Positions 48,585 to 52,545 of a stretch of DNA of 52,545 nucleotides are shown one piece after another. Position numbers and translations under genes: made by a program. The stretch lies in the IMG/VR virus record IMGVR_UViG_3300031507_000007, positions 1-52,545 of that record; one strand, given 5' to 3'. How positions within the stretch are numbered: the first letter of the stretch is position 1; each line of letters begins with the position of its first letter. The notes below the pieces were generated by a model. The model searched no databases, was not told the DNA's origin, and saw only the letters and a program-made list of their open reading frames with translations. The DNA comes from a virus.

Positions 48585-49006
48585 CCGCCACCACGACCGA
48601 CCGGGCCACGAAGGAATCCTTCAGCGCCGGGCTCGGCCGCCCGATCCCGCTGACCGCGTCGACCAAGATCCCGGGCGGCGTGATGGTGATGGTCGTCGCG
48701 GGCACCGGCACCGCGCTCAACGGCGCCGACACGGCGAGCGGCGTCCTGATGGGCGTCTCGACCCAGCTCGTCGACACCACCCTCGGCCACACCAGCTGCC
48801 CCTACAAGAAGGGGCGGTTCTGGTTCGGCAACAACGGCAACATCACCGCGGCGAACATCGGCCAACAGGCGACGATCGTCGACAACCAGACGGTCGGGCT
48901 CGCGGCCGACACCACGAACGACGTGATCGCGGGCCTCATTCTCGACGTGAACGCCATAGATGGCGTCCTGCTCGACATGACCGGCTCGAAGATCGGAGCA
49001 ACCTGA
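48581..49006 (+). CDS. Head decoration / DUF2190-like protein candidate
   Basis: TTG start in a TTGA overlap. 141 aa, between the scaffold and major capsid genes. Confidence 0.45.
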   Translation: MTATTTDRATKESFSAGLGRPIPLTASTKIPGGVMVMVVAGTGTALNGADTASGVLMGVSTQLVDTTLGHTSCPYKKGRFWFGNNGNITAANIGQQATIVDNQTVGLAADTTNDVIAGLILDVNAIDGVLLDMTGSKIGAT

Positions 49007-49007
49007 T

Positions 49008-50135
49008 ATGAACGGCCAGCTGATCACGCAGTTCCACGAGGGCTCGCGCCGCCAGGAGATGTTCCGCTCCGCGCTGATGGGCCACGGCGGATCGCTGCTC
49101 GACATCCAGGCGCAGCGCCTGCCGCACGGGGTGATGGTGCCGGGGCTGGCCGACAGCACGGTCAACACCGGCATCCGGATCGGCGGCACCTCGCCGGACG
49201 AGCAGAAGGTCGAGATCGCCTACGTCGGGTTCGGCACCAGACTCGCGAACCGGCTCTCGACCTACGAGAGCTTCTACCAGCGGCTCGCCACGGTCGTCGA
49301 CAGCCCGAACCTCATCAACCGCGAGATCTGGCTGAACGCTCTGCCCGTGATGCGCATGTGGCTCGGTCCCAAGGTCATCGAGCGGATATCGGCCGAGAAC
49401 ACCCCGATCGTGACGCGGCCCCACGAGGTCTCGATCGCGATCGGCAAGGGCACGCTGCAGAACGATCAGTTGGGCCTGTACGGGCAGCTGGTCGACAAGC
49501 TCGCCGAGGCGTACCCGAACGCCCTCGACGACCTGGTGATCACGATGCTGTGCGCCGGCATCCAGGGCACGGCCCTGGGCGCCACGTACGACGGGCAGAA
49601 CCTGATCGACACCGATCACACGTTCCGCTCGGCCGACACGGGCATCGCGGCGTTCCAGTACAGCAACAAGGTCACCGGCGCGTTCACGGCCTCCGTGTTC
49701 CAGTCGGCCGTGAATCTGTACAAGACGCTGAAGAACGAGCGCGGCATCCCGGTCAACGTCGGCAAGGGACAGATGATGCTCGTGCACGGCCCGGCGAACC
49801 GCATCCCGGTGCGCAACGTCCTCAAGCAGGACATCGGCGCCGGCCTCGTCCAGAACCTCGACAAGGACACGGCGATCCCGGTCGAGGTGCCCTGGATCCA
49901 GGCGCGCACGACCAGCGTGCTCGGGACCTCGGTCACGCTGACCGGGCTCGAGTGGTTCCTGATGCCCGCGAACTCGACCGCCGTCATCCTGCAGCGCAAG
50001 CGCGCCGCGGAGCTGATGTCGGTGGAGCAGGGCTACCAGGTGTTCATGGACGGCACCTACTACTACGGCCTGGAAGCCGAGTTCGGCGCGGCGTACGGCC
50101 TGCCGCAAGAGATCGTCGGCGGCCCCGGATCGTAA
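49008..50135 (+). CDS. Major capsid protein, Mu gpT-like
   Basis: 375 aa. Assigned from position and the WLGPKVIERISAENTPIVTRPHEVSIAI...NDQLGLY pattern. Confidence 0.75.
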   Translation: MNGQLITQFHEGSRRQEMFRSALMGHGGSLLDIQAQRLPHGVMVPGLADSTVNTGIRIGGTSPDEQKVEIAYVGFGTRLANRLSTYESFYQRLATVVDSPNLINREIWLNALPVMRMWLGPKVIERISAENTPIVTRPHEVSIAIGKGTLQNDQLGLYGQLVDKLAEAYPNALDDLVITMLCAGIQGTALGATYDGQNLIDTDHTFRSADTGIAAFQYSNKVTGAFTASVFQSAVNLYKTLKNERGIPVNVGKGQMMLVHGPANRIPVRNVLKQDIGAGLVQNLDKDTAIPVEVPWIQARTTSVLGTSVTLTGLEWFLMPANSTAVILQRKRAAELMSVEQGYQVFMDGTYYYGLEAEFGAAYGLPQEIVGGPGS

Positions 50136-50164
50136 TCGCTACCGCCCGCGCTCGCGGGCACCGT

Positions 50165-50239
50165 TGCGGGATGGAGAAGAGGCATCTCGGGTGGCTCATA
50201 ACCACCAGACCCCGGGTTCGAGTCCCGGTCCCGCTACCA
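50165..50239 (+). tRNA. tRNA with a CAU anticodon (Met or Ile2), CCA encoded
   Basis: Folded manually. D arm GAGA/TCTC, anticodon arm GGTGG-CTCATAA-CCACC, T arm CCGGG-TTCGAGT-CCCGG, acceptor TGCGGGA/TCCCGCT with a U1:U72 mismatch, discriminator A, then CCA. Confidence 0.8.
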
Positions 50240-50271
50240 GACGAAGCTCTCGCACCCCTACCGGAGAACCG

Positions 50272-50805
50272 ATGAACCTCTTGCACGTCGAAGTGATGGA
50301 TCCCGAAGAGGCCGCGGCCAAGCTGGTCAAGCAGCAAGCCGACAACGAGGCCAAGGAGCGCACGCGCGTCGCGGCGACCAACCGCGGCGCCGGCCACGCA
50401 GCGCCGGAGCCCGGCGATCGCCTGTACGTGAGCACCGCGCGCGGCATCCCGCGCCGCTCTCGCGCCGGCGTGACCTTCTTCGAGAGCCGCAAGGTCGAGG
50501 TGCTCGTGGTCGCCGACGGCGAGCCGCTCGACCAGTCCGGCGACGTCAAGCAGGTCCACCTGGCCGGCGCCGAGATGATCCTCGCGGACGACGCGCTCAA
50601 CACGAACGCGCCGGGCGCCACCGAGAGCGAGGCGATCGCGCTGCGCCAGGAGAACGAGGCCCTGCGCGCCAAGCTCTCCGAGGCCACCGCCGAGGCCGCC
50701 CGCCTGCGCGATGCCCGCCGCGGCGCCAAGGACACCGGCGACGGCGCGCCCGCGAGGCTCCGCGCTGCCGCGGCGGCCAAGAAAGACACCGGCTTCGAGG
50801 GCTGA
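50272..50805 (+). CDS. Mu gp35 / FluMu HI1506-like protein
   Basis: ATG 50272 preceded by GGAGAA. The annotated ORF start at 50164 lies inside the tRNA. LYVSTARGIPRRSRAGVTFF...ILADDALN. Confidence 0.5.
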   Translation: MNLLHVEVMDPEEAAAKLVKQQADNEAKERTRVAATNRGAGHAAPEPGDRLYVSTARGIPRRSRAGVTFFESRKVEVLVVADGEPLDQSGDVKQVHLAGAEMILADDALNTNAPGATESEAIALRQENEALRAKLSEATAEAARLRDARRGAKDTGDGAPARLRAAAAAKKDTGFEG

Positions 50806-50807
50806 TC

Positions 50808-51254
50808 ATGGCGTACTCGACGCAGGCACTGGTTCAGAACGCGGTTGGCGGCCCCGAGAAGCTGCTCCAACTGACGGATCTTGCCAACGCCAACGCGCCG
50901 ACGATCGACGCCGCCGTGGTCGCCCAGGCGATTGCCGAGGCCGACAGCGTGATCGACAGCTACGTCGGCCACCGCTTCGCCGTCCCGCTGTCCCCGATCC
51001 CGCCGGTCGTCCGCGACCTGTCGACCGCGTGGACCGCGCGCGTGCTGCGCCGCAACAAGTACAACGGCCAGGTCCTGCAAGACGACATCGACCGGGAGGT
51101 CGTCGATCGGAAGTGGCTCGAGGGCGTGGCCAAGGGAACGATCTCCCTGGGCATCGAGCCCACGCCGGCCAAGGCGTCCATGATCAACGACAAGGCCGGG
51201 CAGCGCTCGCCGCTGCTCGTCGTGTCGCGCCAGCGCCTCCGGGGGATCTGGTAA
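50808..51254 (+). CDS. Head-tail connector, Mu gp36 (DUF1320)-like
   Basis: 148 aa. AIAEADSVIDSYVGHRFAVPL pattern. Synteny. Confidence 0.55.
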   Translation: MAYSTQALVQNAVGGPEKLLQLTDLANANAPTIDAAVVAQAIAEADSVIDSYVGHRFAVPLSPIPPVVRDLSTAWTARVLRRNKYNGQVLQDDIDREVVDRKWLEGVAKGTISLGIEPTPAKASMINDKAGQRSPLLVVSRQRLRGIW

Positions 51255-51721
51255 TGGGCCTCGTCTCCGTCAAGGCCGATGTCAAGCTGATCGGTATCGA
51301 GCAGGCATTTCGCCGCCTGGGGGCTCCCGATCGCCGGAAAGCGTTCAAGGAGAGCGGCATGCACGCGCGTCAGGACCAGGCGCTGCACGACGTCAAGAGC
51401 GAGGGTCCAGACGGTCGCTGGCCGGATCTCCATCCGTCCACCAAGGCGCGGTACGCGCGCAAGGCCAAGACTGCGCGCAAGGGGTCCCGGCCGCGCAAGC
51501 TTCTGGGCCGGCTTCCGCGGGCCCTGCGAACGCTGGTCAGCGCGAACTCACTGATCGTTCGGTCTCGCGTTCGCTGGGCCTACATCCATCAGGCCGGCGG
51601 AGTCGCCGGTCGTGGTGCTCGGATCCCGCGGCGCCAGTTCCTTTGGATCTCGGCGCAGCTCGGCAAGCGCGTGGTCAAGGTGTTCGAGCGCTTCCTGCTC
51701 GCCCAGTGGAACGGCAAGTAG
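51254..51721 (+). CDS. Virion morphogenesis / tail completion protein (Mu gpG / P2 gpS family)
   Basis: ATG 51254 shares 1 nt with the upstream TAA. GARIPRRQFLWIS motif. Confidence 0.55.
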   Translation: MGLVSVKADVKLIGIEQAFRRLGAPDRRKAFKESGMHARQDQALHDVKSEGPDGRWPDLHPSTKARYARKAKTARKGSRPRKLLGRLPRALRTLVSANSLIVRSRVRWAYIHQAGGVAGRGARIPRRQFLWISAQLGKRVVKVFERFLLAQWNGK

Positions 51722-52399
51722 ATGGCGCTCTCCTTCGACACCGGTCTGGCCAAGCCGCAGCGCACGCTGATCACCGAAGGCGCGATCTCCCTGCTGTCCG
51801 GGCTCATGCGTCCGACCGGTTATCTCGCCACGGTGATCCCGTGGGGATCGGTCGTCCGCTCGTATACCGACGAGATTGGCGTGGTCCAGCTCGTCGATGC
51901 GCTGTCATCGCGCGCGCCCGGCATCGCGATCGCGACGGGAGATGGCGCCTCGAGCACGGCCGGAATCGGCGGGTTCCAGGCGAAGAAGGTGATCGACCTT
52001 CTGGTCTACTTCGCGAGCACTAACAAGCGCGACGGCTACACCGGCCGCATGGCTCAGGACGGCGCGAGCCTGGCGAGCAACCTCGCCGACCCGGGGCTCC
52101 ACGTCATGATGGAGCACGCTGCCGAGCTGCTCATCGGCCAACGCTGTGGCGCCTCATCGACGATCAAGCAGATCGTCACCGACCGCGAAGAGGAGCTGTA
52201 CACCGGCGAGCAGGTGACGATCTGGCTGCAGACCTACCGGGTCGAGGTCCGCACGAACCTCAAGGAGTTCCGCAACGTCACCCAGTTGATTGCTGACCTC
52301 AGATTCCGCCTGGCAACCAACCCTCACGAGGTTCACCTGCCGGCCGCCGCGACCGATTCTGGTACGCTGGACACCTTCAACGACGACATTGGAGCCTGA
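51722..52399 (+). CDS. Neck / tail-completion protein candidate (Mu gp37 position)
   Basis: 225-aa ORF assigned by synteny only. Confidence 0.4.
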   Translation: MALSFDTGLAKPQRTLITEGAISLLSGLMRPTGYLATVIPWGSVVRSYTDEIGVVQLVDALSSRAPGIAIATGDGASSTAGIGGFQAKKVIDLLVYFASTNKRDGYTGRMAQDGASLASNLADPGLHVMMEHAAELLIGQRCGASSTIKQIVTDREEELYTGEQVTIWLQTYRVEVRTNLKEFRNVTQLIADLRFRLATNPHEVHLPAAATDSGTLDTFNDDIGA

Positions 52400-52545
52400 A
52401 TGCCCGCCCCCACCCACATCATGGTAACCGCGGCGCCAGGCCGCCGCCCGCCGATCCACAACGACGACGGCCGAGATCTTGGAGGCGGTCTGTTGTACGC
52501 CGACGACGCCACCGTGATCCGGGTGAGGTACTCGCAGGCGATCCG
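52400..52545 (+). CDS. N-terminal part of the junction-spanning small tail-module protein (continues at 128..254)
   Basis: ATG 52400 follows the upstream stop (TGAATG). It is in frame with ORF 3..254 through the duplicated 127 nt. Confidence 0.5.
   Translation, partial: MPAPTHIMVTAAPGRRPPIHNDDGRDLGGGLLYADDATVIRVRYSQAI
52419..52545. repeat. Terminal overlap copy 2, identical to 1..127
   Basis: Compared base by base. Confidence 0.9.

Noticed and set aside
50164-50271. N-terminal 36 codons of ORF 50164..50805
   Set aside because: This stretch coincides with the tRNA(CAU) gene. The internal ATG at 50272 has a GGAGAA ribosome-binding site, and the protein-like sequence starts there.
1-52545. 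Diversity-generating retroelement, retron or CRISPR-Cas component
   Set aside because: I recognised no reverse-transcriptase-like ORF, no template/variable repeat pair and no repeat-spacer array. The Cas4-like nuclease sits in a RecT recombination context instead.

Overview
The window looks like one complete, circularly closed genome of a high-G+C tailed phage. Bases 1..127 are identical to 52419..52545, giving a unit length of about 52,418 bp, and one small CDS reads in frame through that junction.

Layout:
- 1..17112 (+): contractile-tail and baseplate module in Mu-like order (sheath, tube, chaperone with an A10 slippery run, tape measure, gp43-48-like baseplate genes). A Gly-rich fibre gene and a LamG-fused wedge gene are inserted in it. 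A lipoprotein gene and a lysis cassette follow: overlapping spanin pair, holin, a beta-propeller lipoprotein and a GH25-like endolysin.
- 17072..19963 (-): seven-gene accessory cassette led by a ribbon-helix-helix (RHH) gene.
- 20074..23252: mixed accessory genes, including a stand-alone CheY-like receiver domain, two tandem terminators, a nucleoside-deoxyribosyltransferase-like gene and a fibre-like locus.
- 23247..29971 (-): nucleotide-metabolism and replication operon. It holds a PPC-motif protein, a YpsA-type SLOG-domain protein (SLOG = a nucleotide-binding fold), ThyX, DUF3310, a DnaB-like helicase, an HNH protein, a primase, HTH proteins and a LexA-type DNA-binding-domain protein.
- 30002..33590 (+): RecT plus Cas4-like exonuclease recombination module.
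- 33587..38357 (-): small early genes and tRNA-Arg(UCU). Four intergenic gaps carry a rigid GAGGTG-N4-AACTTGT element.
- 38381..39365: a roughly 1-kb gene-free control region with iteron-like repeats.
- 39366..52399 (+): XRE regulator, RusA, Cys-rich small proteins, terminase, Mu gp29-like portal, protease/scaffold, gpT-like capsid, tRNA(CAU) and head-tail joining genes.

I could not recognise a transposase, integrase or reverse transcriptase. Genes are packed very tightly. By manual count about 40 junctions are 4-nt NTGA start/stop overlaps, and I used these to choose start codons.

All family names come from motifs I recognise by eye. No database search was run, and G+C content was judged visually, not computed.
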